Positions 12,661-26,777 of a DNA stretch of 64,000 nucleotides are shown here, piece by piece (positions within the stretch are counted from its first letter, which is position 1; each line of letters starts with the position of its first letter). The stretch lies in the NCBI RefSeq assembly GCF_009834535.1, contig NC_045696.1, positions 19,408,001 through 19,472,000 of the forward strand. The letters run 5' to 3'. The notes beneath the pieces were generated by a model. It did no database searches. It worked only from the letters and a program-made list of their open reading frames with translations, and was not told where the DNA came from. The stretch is from Camelus ferus. Lineage: Eukaryota. A program made the position numbers and the translations under genes.

Positions 12661-14414
12661 TGATAAGACACAGACAAGTGAAACAGAAACTGATAAACTG
12701 CAAGTGAACTACCATCGTACGTAACAAAAACCTAAAACTTCTGTCCTGGGCCTTCTAACCAAGTAGGAGATGGAGTTCTGAATGTAGGTAAGGAGACTGC
12801 TGGTGAAGTCTGCTGGAACAAGGAGGAAATTGCTACTAGAGACCTGAAATAAAGAAAACCATGTTTCGTACAGGCAGAATAATTCAGAAATTTAAAATTT
12901 GTTGCCTGTGATCAATTGGAAAACAGAAAATCTAACAAACGAGTTTGTGAACCAGTCAGATCCACAGGTAGCATGTTGAAAGTGGTAACTGTCTTTTTTT
13001 TTTTTTTCTCTCTCAGATATAAGTAGGTGTTGCAAGAGAGAAATGTGCTACAGAGATTTTCAAGTATATTTTAGAGGGATATTTTTTCTTTCAGATTTTT
13101 TTTCTCTCATTCCCACAAATTCCAGCTGTCAAAAGTTTCTCAAAGCAATACATGACATAAGGACAAAAATCAAAGTCAGAGTATTACTAGTAAGACAGAG
13201 TTCTGAGATGAAAAATCAAATCAAAGGTGTCTTTTGTCCAGGTAACAGAAATTTAAGAAAGTGTTTTATAGAGTTTCTTAACTAGATAAATGAGCTTTTA
13301 AGAATCTTAAAGGAATTATGCAATTCAGATCATTTTGCTTCCATATAGAGAGTGGACTAACAAAGAGATTTGGAAGTGTGGATTTTGTCTGATGTAGTGG
13401 ATTACAATTTAATACATACAAAACTCACACATTTTTAAAGGACTTGTATCAGTTTGAACCTAATGGGCTTAGACAATGTAAATGAAAATAGATTTCTAGG
13501 TACTAAATAGATCCCCATTTCTTTCCTCCTTACTTTTTGAATGGCAGCATCTATTTGTCTATTGGTATTTTCCTGCTTCTGTCTCACAATTGTCTGTAGG
13601 GTCTTCTGGGATTAGTTTAACTGTGGGTTTTTTTGGTTTTGTTTTGTTTTGTTTTTTTCGTGCCCGGGTCTCTGCTCTAAAGAAGTGCACCCAAGGTAAA
13701 CTACCTGAGGAGGCTTATGGGCACCTGGAATTCATTTAGTTGAATAAACTCTGAAATTTAAACTTGATCCTGACAACATAATGAGATAAGACTTTGAACA
13801 TTTTGGGAAAGAGATGAGTGAATTTTGCATGTGGAAAAGATGGGAAGCATTAGGAGACAAAAGGAGGCTGGTGCCATGCTATCACATGGGTAATATTCAA
13901 TAAATCATACTCGTGTTTACAACCCTTCTGCTCACACTTTAACTATGTGTTTATTCACATGACTTTATTTAACCAGTTGGACATTACGAATGTGATGAAA
14001 AAAGTCGTGGTAAGTGTGTACACACTGGGGCTTCCATTTTTTAGGATTTCCTCTTAAAAACCAGTAGACACATAGAGTTCAACTACACTATATGGAGCAA
14101 AATAATTGCCAAGTTAAGTCAAGGTAACATATAGGCATGAAAAATATTGTATCATTGATGTTTTAAGCTGCTACATTTTGGTTTGATTTGTTATTCAGCA
14201 ATAAATAAGCAAAACAGGAATAGAAGTAATAAAAAAGAAAGCCATTCTTTCTACTTTTTCAGACTCAAATTTAACCTATTAAATATTTTATGAAATTATG
14301 TATTATGAAACCACTGATTTTATTTATGGTTTGTCTCTAAAGGATATGAAATAGCTGCCAAACACAACTTATTAGAATCAGTGTTGAAATATGGCAGGTT
14401 AGGGATAGAGATAA

Positions 14415-14660
14415 TCATGGCTACCATTTTTGGCATTTCACGTGGCAGGTATTGCCTAAAGAACTTTGTAAACATTTTCTCAATAAATCCTTACATCGAC
14501 TCCTGGAGATAAATATTATTCACTTTAGAATCACCATTTTATTGATAAGAAAGTCAAGTTTTAAATAAATTTATAAATTGCCCAAGTTCAGAACTAGCAG
14601 TAAGTCATAGGAATTGGGTAGTGAACCTGATTCTATTCTAATTCCAATACCTGGGTTCTT
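14415..14660 (-). mobile_element. MIR SINE
   Basis: Core 'ccattttattgataagaaa...aaattgcccaagttcagaactagcagtaagt'. Confidence 0.7.
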
Positions 14661-15828
14661 ATCTATTTACTAATATTACTTCAATAATCCTATTTCTATT
14701 CCCACTGTGACTTTATGGGAAATTCTTCCCTCATTTTTTTTAAGGTGAGTAAAGATGTGAATTTCTTGGTTTCTGAGTTAGTGAAAATTTCATTTACGCT
14801 TTTCAGAGGGTGTTTCCATTAGAATTGGTAGGGGAGCATCACATAATCAAACTTGATGATAAAGCTTCTGCAACTCCCATTGAGTGAGCTTGAGTATATA
14901 TTTCATCCCATTTACAAAGTTTGTGTCCTTGCTTATGAATAAAATGACTATTTTCTGCTCCCAGGTAATGCCTCCAAGTATAAAGAAAAATTCAACTTCC
15001 TTCTCTAAAACTCTCCATTTATAAATGACTCTTACAAGAGAATCTGGAACTGCTTGATCGCCAAATGCTGATAGTATACACATGTTTTGGATTGGTCTTG
15101 ATAATCATTCTTTTTTCTATATGTTCTTTATTCAATCTTGTCAGTCAGTACCAGATATTGATACAGTAGTCCGATAAGGAGCGTGGAAATTGGAGGTTGA
15201 AGAGGAGACATCAATTTGAACTGAATCATCATGTTAATTTTTTTCCAAATACTAAGATATCTTAATGTTAGAAATATCTGCCTTTATAGCCTGTTGGATT
15301 AAGAAAAAATTCTCAGCAAATTAAATTTTGATTAAGTTGCATGTTATTATAGTACAGTAGTATGGTTGTCTCTCCCATATAAAAAAAATGCTATGTATGG
15401 AAAATGAGTTAAGTTATTCAGGAAAGTTGAAATACTAAAGTGTATACACTTTGTTTTGGAGAGCTAAGTTCTGCCAAGGATAAATACATATACAAGATAC
15501 TTTTTTTCACCCTTCAAACCCTACTTAATATTATTTTTATTCTATACATGTATGCACTCTGTGTAAAGTTTATATGGAAAATTGCCCTCTTGTGAAAACC
15601 TGGCATATACTTTTTTTTTTTTAATTTTAAGAATGAGTTAAATGTTACACTGGTTATAAAAATAAAAAGAAAGAAAACATTTTGTAAAGGCTTGTGAGGA
15701 ATGATTAGCGGCTTCTTTTAATTAACTCACGAAATCCTGAAAGTAGATAATCTACATAAAAATGAGAAAGAAAATTCTAACATGAACTAGAAGTTAATAC
15801 CAGCTTACTGTGAAAGTGTGTCTCCACC

Positions 15829-16009
15829 CAGTGCCCATCAAATTTCTGTGTGCATCAGAATTCCCAGAAAGGCGTGTTGAAAGACAGGCTCCTCTCCCTG
15901 GTTATTCTGGCTGGCTAGGTCTGTGCTGGAGTCCAGAAGTTTATATTTCTAACAAGTTCCCAGGTGGTGCCCGTGCTGCTGGGCTGGGACCACGTTTTGA
16001 GAACTGCTG
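15829..16009 (+). mobile_element. MER5A (hAT-Charlie MITE)
   Basis: cagtg...gtgcatcagaat...tttctaacaagttcccaggtg...gctgctgg...ggaccac..tttgagaactgctg follows the MER5A consensus end to end. Confidence 0.85.
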
Positions 16010-16224
16010 CTCTTACTGACTGTTTACTCATTAACCTCTCTGATGGGGCATCAAGTGGAAGCCCAGCGATTATGACTCAGGGTGAGGCCAGAGGACAGAA
16101 GGCATTCTCTCCTTTTGAATATTTAGAGATAGGTTTGAAAAAAATTTTTAAGTGAAAAATGTTTCTCAAGTCATAAGTTCACTCAGTGCAGAGATAGTAT
16201 TCAAAATAAACATAAATGCAACAC

Positions 16225-16230
16225 TTTATT
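16225..16230 (-). terminator. Distal polyadenylation signal AATAAA
   Basis: Minus strand reads ...cttttacttt AATAAA gtgttgcatttatgtttattttg, with upstream UGUA motifs and U-rich context. Confidence 0.7.
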
Positions 16231-19200
16231 AAAGTAAAAGTATCTTTACTATTAATATACAAATGGTGAAGAGTGACAATTTTGATATACTGTAAGCCAT
16301 ACTTTCAATGTCTCTCATAAATACAAAACTTCAACATTTGCAGTATATTTTGTACAGTTTAGACATATATATACACAGTATTTCATAGGGACGTACTATA
16401 TTGAAACAATAAGAAAACTTTGTGGTAGCCAACTTAAGAATATAGAATTTGAATGGCATATATAAGTTAAAGAAAATAAAAGACAGCATATTTTAATGCA
16501 TACTGAACACAGCATAGAATTCACGTACCAAAAAAATATGTTTTTTTAACCTTTATTTCTAAGTTCACATATTTCTAACAGAGTTTAGAGGCAAATGCTA
16601 AACCATGAACATTCCTTTAAGAATTGGAACAAATATGTTTCCTCTTAACAGTACCATTTACTTTATACAATGCTTGTTGTTCTCTAAAAACATCCTATTT
16701 GCAAAATGGAATCATAGGTTCTATCCAGGTTAACTTTCTCCTCTGGATTTCACTAAGTTTTCTCCTTCGCATCAATGTAATTGGTCTCAATTTTTATCTA
16801 TGCAATCTTCCTTGTCCCTGCTCCAGAACTTCTCACACCAAGGTCACCTATTTCCAACATCAGAGTTTAGTCTGCCTTTCTGGATTCTTTCAGATCTTTG
16901 TTCCTCTATTATCCTGTACCTGGTTGTGATTTGAAATGCTCCAACAGTCACTGCTTTGCTTATGTTGTTCCAAGGAAGACTAAAACCAGATGCTAAAAGA
17001 TATACATTTTAATTTTAGGAAAACAATTAAAATAAGTGGCAACATTAAATTTATATGGGTGATTTTTATATTAATTATAATGAACATCATGTAACCAAAA
17101 TCCTGAAAATTTTATTAAAAAATTAAAGTGGTGGTACCAACTAAGGTAGCTAAGTTATTGATAAAATCCTATAGTGAATAATAAACTATTTTTCTAGGAA
17201 TTTTTAATATGTTATCAAATAAATATAAAGCATTGTGTATAAGAGTCTATGAGGGGAAATCATTAATCTATTAGCATTCTGTATAATGTTAAATAGATAC
17301 ATCTACATGAGAAAATGCTATTTTTAAAAAGGAGAGGACAGAGTTGGAAGGAAATTACATTTGTCCAGTAACTACTACATCTAGGCTCTTTTATAACTTT
17401 CTCATTTATGCATCTAGTCATTTCATCTCAGAACATTAGTAAGCCTGTGAGTAGAATACTTTTTGGAGAGATTTTCATTTTAGGATTGAAGTACTTCACT
17501 TCTGGGATCTTCCACAGTGAAATTCTGGCATATGCTAATACATCCATATGTGATTTCAGTGTGAAAGACAATGTAATAATGCTTTAAAGGGTTAATAAGA
17601 AGGTGCAAATCTTTTCTCTCTAAAGATAAATAATGCAAACAATCTCATTTAAAAGTGTATTCTCATCTATGCATAAACTCTATTGAATAAGCACTCTATT
17701 TATGATTATGAAAAATAACTCCATGAGGGGTTGAAATTGAGCATTTACATTATTCTCTGTGAAAAAGAACATTGCAAATTTCACAAGTAATCGTAAGAAG
17801 TCATTCCAACATTTCTTAAATTAAGAAATGGAGATTATTTTATCACTTTAGTTGTAGATATTTTCATGAGTGATTATTTTATCATCAACAGTAGAGGATG
17901 ATTTATAATCCCAAATCAAATACATAGCAGGAGTGATGTAGACCCAAGTGACACCGTATTAATTTACCCTATTTTAAAAAGTCATCTGTTGTCTTTGTCT
18001 TACAACTAGTAAAACTCAATGTCAATAATATCTGGAATATACTTATTGTCTAGAACAACAATACAGAACAAATTAAGTACTATTTTGTGTGTGCATCAAA
18101 AGAATTGCTTTGTCATGAGTGGAAATAAGTTACACAGTATAATTTGTTTTATTGAGATTTTGTTTTCAAGGTGAAATCCTTTGAACTGAGCTTATTCACT
18201 AAATGTAAGTAAGACAGTATCATTCAAGTTTCACAGTTACAAGCAAAATATATCAATAAAGATTGCAGCTGTGTTTTTTTCTTTTAATAAAGCAGAATGT
18301 CATGCTACTCCAAAGGCACAAATACATCTTAATTATTTAAAATAAGATGCATAAAATTAAGGTATAATTATAAAATTACACTTAATGGTTGGCACTCAAA
18401 TAAATAATTTGATTAATAAAAACTTTCTATTCATATAAATTAATTCAAAGACTAAGATTCATGTAAACTTTGCAGGATCAAATAGTCTTCGAAAAATGCT
18501 TTTATAGGTACTAATAGTGAAAAAATAAAGGAAAGCTTGAGAAACATTACATTAACGTTAGAGGTTAGAATGGCCATAGATCAACCCACAAAAAAATAAT
18601 AAATAAATCTCTAGAAATCAAAATTTTTAAATTGCTTTGCAGATCATTGTAAAATATGTTGACACATTAATTTGTGCCAGTTTTAAAAACCAAATGGGTC
18701 TTAAAATGCTAATATTACTGTTCCCTCGTATTTGTTATTGAATATAGATTGTCATTGCCTAATTGCACAAAACCTATCAAGAAATACCAATATTTTCAAT
18801 GATATCTTTGCTTCTCTGTTTAAAGTAGCATAGGGCTCTGGTTATTTAACAGTACCTATATTCAGTCAACTCTTTGACATTTTATACTAACATTTAAGAG
18901 TACTCTTAGACAGTAAAAATAACATTTATACAGTCATATGGATATGTTTAGTCTAGAATAAAAAAAGAAAAATAAGAAACAGATTATTTCAATTCTACTC
19001 AGTATTTTACAATTTACTACAAGCCATCTCTTCTGGAAACTTTTACAAGGAGCATTCCATTGGAAAGAAAAAAGAAAGAAAAAGAAAAGTTTATCACAGA
19101 TGACAGTATTGCCTTGCTCCCACAGGGCATAGATTTCAAGGACAAGAGATAAGGACCACTGGACAATTGAAGCAATGTATTGAAACAGTCTGTTTACAAT

Positions 19201-19390
19201 TAGTTTCAGATTATCTGTTAACTTCAGATCATTATTCCACATTAGTGGCAAGAAATTTAACAACATATTGTGTGTATATATATATATATGTATATAGAAA
19301 AGAAATATTTAATTAAATTGCTTTACATGAAAAGTCCAAAGAAATGAGAGAAACAGAACTTTCAAACTGAGGAAACAAAAATCTTTGTTC

Positions 19391-19396
19391 TTTATT
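19391..19396 (-). terminator. Candidate proximal polyadenylation signal AATAAA
   Basis: AATAAA followed by a U/GU-rich downstream element (gatttttgtttcctcagtttgaaagttctgtttctctc). Confidence 0.55.
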
Positions 19397-21353
19397 ATGA
19401 TTTCTCTGCTCTTGAAATATAGCATGGATAGAACAATAGTAAACATGCTAAATCACTTTCTCAGTTTTCCTAATTCTTTCACCATAATTACTTAAAACCA
19501 CGTAGCCCTAGCCAGGAAAAATTAGCATCCACGGCTATTGCTTCACAGGACACTTACCTAAGCCCATTTAGTCTGCACAAAATAATTCAAGTATTCTGAC
19601 TAGTTGTAGCACATTGGAACAAAAGGGCAGAAACAGTAAAATAAAGCAAACGGATGATCAGACAAACGTAAACTCAACAGCAACAGTCAAAGTCATCAAA
19701 AGACCAGTTGTATAATTTCTATTCAAATTCCTACGTAGGCACAAGAATGCTTTTCTTCAGAATATGCCTGAAAGGAGAACAAGGAGAGATTCCTGCATCA
19801 TATAACCTGTACATTTTGGCAACGACACTGTGGCGATTTAGTGCCTGAACATGTAAATAGGCACATTCTGTCCTATAATAATCAAAGTTTTGGAGAATTA
19901 GTTAGCTGTCTTTCCTTGGCTGACAGTTCCAAGCACTTTGTAAATGAAAGTGTTTATGAGTGTCGTTAGTGTTATATTTAATATTCATCAAATGATCTCT
20001 GTAGAGAGACATCCTAAAACAGGTCGCTCTGCACTGTTAAGACTTTCCTCCAATGTTCTATTGGTATGCATTCCCCAACCAGTCAATATTTGAGAGATGA
20101 TACCACCTGAAACACGAAAGCTTATGAACATGATGGGGCCTAAAGAAACCTTTGGCTCTCTAGGGTAAGGGATAATCTAAAACCTGCTCCCAATTGGTAC
20201 GTATATTTATAATCATAAATACATTTTTTTTTTACCTTACATGTAAGTGGAAATCATGTTTCATCCTTTTACCTCTGGGAGCTTGCATAGCTTGGAAGTT
20301 AATAAGTATTTTATTCTGGTATATATTACTAACAGGTACTATTAGAAAGTTTGTGTTGAATAGTTAAGGAATTTCTTCAACCAGAATTGTTTATCAAAAT
20401 TTTAAAATGACTTCTAGCTACAACATCCAGAATAAAAACAGTTAGTGGTAATTCAATCATTTATCATTTACACTTTCATTACAATGTTTAAATGTTAATT
20501 TCTCCATTATTTAACCACTAAGGATTTGAATTCCTATTAGCCAATTACGTATAATGATTGACCAATAACACTGGGAAAATTAATTTTTAAACAAAGATTA
20601 TTTAAAACAATGGGCAAAAATGTGTCTGAAGATATGATCAAGTGTTTGAACATGACTTTTTTTGATAAACTTATTTAAAAAGTAAAAAAAATCACATATT
20701 TATAAATATATCAAGACAACATTGATATTGTTCCCATTTCAATTTATTTTATTTGAAGCTGAGGGCAGAAATCAATATTATTTTCACTTGCAATACATTT
20801 TTTGTGTGTGTAATCCACTGTGAGTGAATATGGCATATATAAAGAGATCGAGATTTACGGAATCTTTCTAATCTAATTTTACACACAACTAATATTTGCT
20901 CAAATGGGTAACAATTTTGATCTGGCACTTCAGTCTGTCAAAAATCCATGTTGTAATTATAACTTAAAAAGAGTTTTCCAAAGTTTCTCTCAGTATTTAA
21001 CGTCTACTAAAGATAACTGGCTCCTTCAAGCCTAAATTCCCTGAAATTCTCCGAATGAAAAGTGTAAGCTTTATTAAGTGGTTTCATCTTAAACTGAAAT
21101 TCACCTTAATAATCTTTTTGCCCACGACTGGATTAAAAAACATGCAGGGCTTTCTTATGCATTTAGCTCACAAAAACTTTGTTTTGGTTTTTCTTAAACC
21201 CCTATTTGTGTAGAGGTTGTGGTATGAAGTATAGTTCTTAAGAAATAGAGCACTTTAGCCATATAATAAATTGCAGGACTTGAATCATAAGGTCAAATTG
21301 ATACAAAGAGTTGGTGCCAGTCAGGTCTCTATACTGAAATTCATAAGAAAGTA

Positions 21354-21383
21354 AACAACAACAGTAACAACAACAACAACAAC
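21354..21383 (+). repeat. Imperfect (CAA)n / (GTT)n repeat in the NCAM2 3'UTR
   Basis: Directly visible. Confidence 0.85.
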
Positions 21384-21554
21384 CAAAGGAAACAGACCAT
21401 GGGCAGGAGTATTTGATCATATGTATATGTATACAAGCTATTCCAAGCTAGAAGTTTCCCGAGAAATTAAGGTCAGTGGAATAGTTTTGGTCATGGGGTT
21501 CACGGCAATGCAAATGCTCTTTGTTGCGTTGATCATGACTCTGTAATCTTGCTG

Positions 21555-21666
21555 TTACGCTTTGCTGTCGTCTTCTTTTGATTGAATGATGTCATTAGAA
21601 ACCTTAATTTCTATAGTTTCTGGATTTAGGACTTCTTTCCCATTTTCTTCTTTTAAGGGCAATTTT
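21555..21666 (-). CDS. NCAM2: NCAM2 last coding exon of the transmembrane isoform ([36 protein letters not shown])
   Basis: Acceptor tctcttccag|A, 112 coding bp ending in TAA at 21555-21557. Matches the NCAM2 C-terminus. Confidence 0.96.
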
Positions 21667-24159
21667 CTGGAAGAGAATACAAAAATAATCAACTTAATTT
21701 GCTAAGGCACTTTGAAGTGGCAGATTTAGATGTACCAAATCATTCATTATGGGGTGGCTTAGATTTGATAACCCACTGATGTATTAAAAATATAATGAAA
21801 GTGTTTTGGAATGTGAAAGTCAAAACAATTTTATATGTTTAATAGAAGATTTACTAGTACTTAAGTTTTTCAAGTAAAAATAATCAATAGTTGCTGACAT
21901 ATTATTACATAAACTATAAATGCTGAGTGAATTAGTAATAATCTTTGGAACTTAATGCAAATAAATGTATTTCAGGACTTTCTCATTTTTTTATATTTAC
22001 TCTATTTCTTTTCTTTACCTAGTCTTTTTTCACTTTTTTTTCTTATTACTTTTATATAATTTATGAGCACTTGCTTGGGAGTTGTTTCCAATTTTAAACT
22101 CTGAAACAACCTTTATTTCTTAATATTAAGACAGTTTTACAAATCATACTATGATGACAACAAATCAAGATTTTGAGTTTTTTCTACCAGTCTTAGATTC
22201 AGTGTTTTACTACTATTTCTGTGCACATGGCTTCAAGGATAAAATTTCTTCTTCTGACAAAATATTTTTTCACATCAAAAAAAATTAAGTTACACACAGA
22301 ATTCCAATTCACCTCTGTGACTTTAATCTCAACATTTTATGAAGCAGTGAATGCTACTATGGTATTTCCTCTGAAATTCATTTGCAATTTCTTTTATATT
22401 TCTGAATGAGAAGAGTAAGAAATATTCTGCAAGTCAAAGCTATTGTGTGAAAACTAACCAATCAAAAGTAAGTCATGGGCAGAAACTATGATTCATTTCT
22501 GAGAACAAAGAAACATGTACTTTGTAACTACTAGGGCAAGCTACATTTATGTATATTATAAATGGTGCATTCACACTTCTTTTCTCCCATTACCAAGTAC
22601 TGAAAATATTGATAATAAAAGATTATAGAAACAACGGGTTATTTCTAGCATCAAAATGTACAGAGATTTAAAGCTTGAATGGGAGCTTAGCATAATGCTT
22701 AACACCGCTTTTAATCACAGAACTATGTACTGAATTTGTAATTAACCAGTGTTTATAACTAATTCGTGGATAGTGTACTTTCGCATATATATTTTTTCAC
22801 TAGTTATATTTATGTTAAATTATATTTTTAAAGAGTACTATTAATTTGATTATTTTTATGTTGAGTATTCCTTTTCTTTAACTGAGAACCAGAATAGTTA
22901 TTAAACCACCTAGTTTTGTCTTGTTTCAAAATATAGTCCTGCTTTATGTAAGGGCATTTTCTTAACTAGTTTTCATACACACCAATATATTAGAGTAAGT
23001 GTTAATTAATAGTTAGGAATTTGTTTTGTTGAAAAGGCTTTTTTGCTTCATTGAAAAGGCTTCTGATTTCTGAAAGGGAGTACACAGAACCCACCTTGTG
23101 AAAGCTGCCTCTACAAGAGTTAACGTCAAGCTAGAACATAATAATCTCTAAATGCAGTCACTAAAAAGGGCCTAAAGATTTAAGCCAAAATTTAAGCTAC
23201 AGAGTAGAGCTTTGTATTTGTCTAAATATTAATCATTTCATTCCCCTGAGAGCTGAAAAAGGACATTTCTGAAACAAGTTACTTTCTTCACCTGTGACAA
23301 CACTCAGCCTTTGATTTAGTACGAGGAGCCTAAATCAAATTTCTCTGCAAGAGAATGCTAGCTGGCCGAGGAAGAGATATTTGTTTTGAAAAACAATAAA
23401 ATTTCAAAGTCATTTTGGTGAGCAGGGTTTAAAGAATAATATGATAGCCATGGTTTTGTTAGTATCAAATATACTCAGTAGAACACTGGTATTACTACTT
23501 AATATAATGCCTATGGTTTTAATCATTTTAACTTTCCTAGTCATGAACATCATCTTTGCAGGTTTAGTTGAAATATTTATTATGGTTTTAATGGGGTTCT
23601 GATGGGTGCAGAAAGAAGTAGACGACACAATCTTGCATGGAGACCAAACATCATGTACTATAGAGACATTAAAATGATAGACTATTTACCAGTTCTTTGT
23701 CTTCTTGACCAATATATATACATATTTTTTTAAATAGATTTGTATATATTTCACACTATTTATTTCTATTTTAGGCCATTCTATGCATATCCAAAGCAAT
23801 GACTAATATCCTGACACATCTTTATCTCAGCAAAAATCAATTGTATTTTGAAAGTATCACTTTCTTAAACAGTAAGATTAATGTAGGAAAACCCAACTCT
23901 GTAACATGCTTCTATCATCTTGATATTTTTACATAAAATTACGAATATATATTTGAATAGTAGATTTTCTCTGACATTGATCCAAAATCTTCATATGAAA
24001 TATCTCAATTTTTGATACTCACATGTACTTTCACTGAAGAAGAAACAACATGGTTTTAATAATGGTGTTATTTGTCAATGCAAGCTACAAATAATGATAA
24101 TGTGTTAACCACTTTACAAGCACTTATCCAAAAATAATTAAACATTTCACGCTACATAC

Positions 24160-24279
24160 TCAGGTTCTGTTAGTGGCGTGGTTTCATTTGGCTCATTTAC
24201 TGGGCTCCCATCTTCATGATTAGTAATTCTTTCATCCTCTGTTCTCATCTCCACTATAGGTTCTTTTGATCCATCTTTC
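24160..24279 (-). CDS. NCAM2: NCAM2 cytoplasmic exon ([39 protein letters not shown](E))
   Basis: Acceptor ttctttctag|G, donor GA|gtatgt. 120 bp, phase 2 to 2. The peptide is visible in ORF 24147..24389. Confidence 0.97.
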
Positions 24280-25119
24280 CTAGAAAGAATAAATTTAAAA
24301 ATATTATGTATGAAATGTAAAAATGGATGCATTATGGAACATAGTTTAAAATATCCACAAAAATCCCACCACCCCTTAAATAAATCCAATACGGTCAGAA
24401 TAGGAATATCATTAAGAATTTTTTAACATTTAAATTCATCTAGCCATATATTATTCCCTCAGAAAAAATAGAAGAAATTCCATTTTGTCTAGAATTCTTT
24501 TTCTTATCAAAATTGTGTTAAATATTTTGAAAAGTAGTTCAAATTTTAAATTTGATAGTGCAGTTTCTTTTTGGAAATAAAGGAAAATATTTTGTTAAAT
24601 ACAGTTTATGAAATGAAGTAGCTTTTCCCCACTAACTAGCCATGCACTTTAAAAAAAATTTTATTTGAAAAATAACATCAGAAACTTTGGTTCTATTTAA
24701 AAATTTTGAAGATAAAATTTATATATAAGATACATTTTATTGATTTAAATGTACGTGTGAATTTATATGAATTATTTTGACTATAATGCAATAATTGACT
24801 TTTAATATATTTATGTTTTCACCAAATAGTTCAAATAAAAACAATATTGTAACATATATGCATGATTATTTTCATTTATGATTTATTATCCATGTTATCT
24901 TTACTGGATTTCTAAAATCTGAAATTAAGTATAATTTATCATAATTATAAATAGAAATTTTACTGCAGAGTTTCATAGCACAAAAAAATTAAAAGAAGGG
25001 AAAATAAGAAAGGCATTTGCTAATGATAAAGAGTGAAGTAAGATATAAGGGCTGAGAATGATGTACTCTTCATACAGATTACTGGTACAAATGAAAATTA
25101 GGAAGGGATGGGGTTTTCA

Positions 25120-25600
25120 AACACCCAGGAATATAACCTTACCATACAGTCCCATAATTGCACTCTTACGTATTTACCCAAATGACTTGAAAACTTATAT
25201 CCATTCAAAAATCTGTATATGAATCTGTAAAGAAGTTCTATTCATAATTGCCAAAAATTTGATCCAACTGAGATGTCATTCAACAGGTGAATGGATAAAC
25301 TGTGATACATCCATACAATTGAATGTTATTTGGTAATAAAGAGAAATGAGTTATCAAGCCACAAAAAGACACAGAAGAACCCTAAATGCAAATTTCTAGG
25401 GAAAATAAGCCAGTTTGAAAATGTTCCATACTGTGTATTCCACCTAAATGATGTTTTGGAAAAGACAAAACTGTGTAGACAGTAAAAAGATCAGTGGTTG
25501 CCAGGCATGAGGGAAAGAGGGCAGGAAGTAATGGTGGAGCTCTGGTCATATTAGGGCAGTGAAAGTTTTCTATTTGATACTGTAATGGTAGATATATGAC
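25120..25600 (+). mobile_element. L1MC-type 3' fragment
   Basis: 'tatttacccaaatgacttgaaaacttat', 'ggtgaatggataaactgtgatacatccatacaat', 'aaaagatcagtggttgccagg'. Confidence 0.8.
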
Positions 25601-26777
25601 AGTGAAATTAGGTCTTTAAAATCAAGTTAACTAGGATTACATTTAAAAGAAGGCAAACAACAGAAACCCAACAATGGCTCAAATATTTAACAGACCTCAC
25701 AAATGCTGAAACCTAAAAAGAAAAATACTGAGGAAGATAAAACACTTTTGATCAGGTGGCAGGTGTGGTATTGTTGCTCTTATTTGAGTATGTAGGTACC
25801 TCACATAGACACAGATAAAACTTTGAAGAAAATCTAGAAGTCACTAGTGAAGAACTTTTTACATCTCTCATATTCAATTGTCCGTGGGACCTGGTGATTC
25901 AAACATTTTTAACAACATTCTCTGTTCTGAGGCTCCAGGTCAGCAAGATGTATGTAATAATAAAGAGAATTAAGAAGTTGGTCACCATTAGATTTTAGTT
26001 TTATGTTGTTTTCTTTTAAATTTGTTTGTTTGCTGTTGTTGATATTCTTCAACTGATTCCTTTAAAAAAAGTCTTCATGACAGAGGTTAATACTGTTTGA
26101 AAAAACATAGATATTGGTTATTCTGAGCAGAAAAGTGATTTTTAAAATTGGATTTTATTTTTAATTATTTTAATGATAGGTAGAGATCAAGATGAAATAA
26201 ACAGAATGCAAAGAAAAGGTAGAACAGATAGTGATCTTGGATTTTAATTGTATCCTTTCTTACCAAAAATAAACAGGTAAGTGGACAACTTTAAACTAGA
26301 AAGGATAAAAATAAACATTTTTGAAAGGAAATAGAGTAACAAGAGAAAATGGTGAGTTGTCCTAAAATACTTATTTTTGCTTTTAATGATTTTTTAAAAA
26401 TTTTTAACTAGCTAGCATATTCATATTGTAGCATAGAATACCACAAAATGGTGTAGAGGGAAACATGAATTTCCCTACCATTTTCTGTTTGTAGGATATT
26501 TAGGATATTTAGTTATTTATCAGACAGAAAATTGCCTTGTTTTCGAAAGATTCTTTAGGCATATGCCAGCATATATGTGTGAAAATGCATTATTTTTACA
26601 CAAATGGTAGTACACTAACTACATTAATTTTGCCTTCTCAATTAACACTAGGTATTAGTTGGAGCCCATAAAAAACCATTAGAGCAGCCTCAATCTTTTC
26701 CATGGTGCAAACTATCCCATTACATATTCCATTATGGATATTCACCACCATGTATTGAAGTCACCAACTGACAAACA

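Larger units (their letters stand above)
11420..14216 (+). mobile_element. Old MLT1-type MaLR with LTR-internal-LTR structure
   Basis: LTR-type end motif at ~11800 and at 14160-14216 (gttttaagctgctacattttggtttgatttgttattcagcaata). MLT-int start motif 'gtaacaaaaacctaaaa' at 12721. Left boundary approximate. Confidence 0.6.
16205..21554 (-). other. NCAM2: Long 3'UTR of the NCAM2 transmembrane isoform (end approximate)
   Basis: Repeat-poor stretch after the stop codon ending at an AATAAA (16225-16230). Obvious transposon remnants (MER5A, MIR, MaLR) resume beyond it. Confidence 0.7.

Noticed and set aside
14847..15300. Complex-looking sequence with a 78-aa ORF downstream of the poly(A) site, a possible pseudogene
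   Set aside because: Manual translation gave no recognisable protein, and there is no poly(A) tail or TSD. A blastx search would settle it.
21703..21710. miR-124 8mer match (GUGCCUUA)
   Set aside because: Lies in the last intron upstream of the acceptor, so it is not in the mature mRNA.
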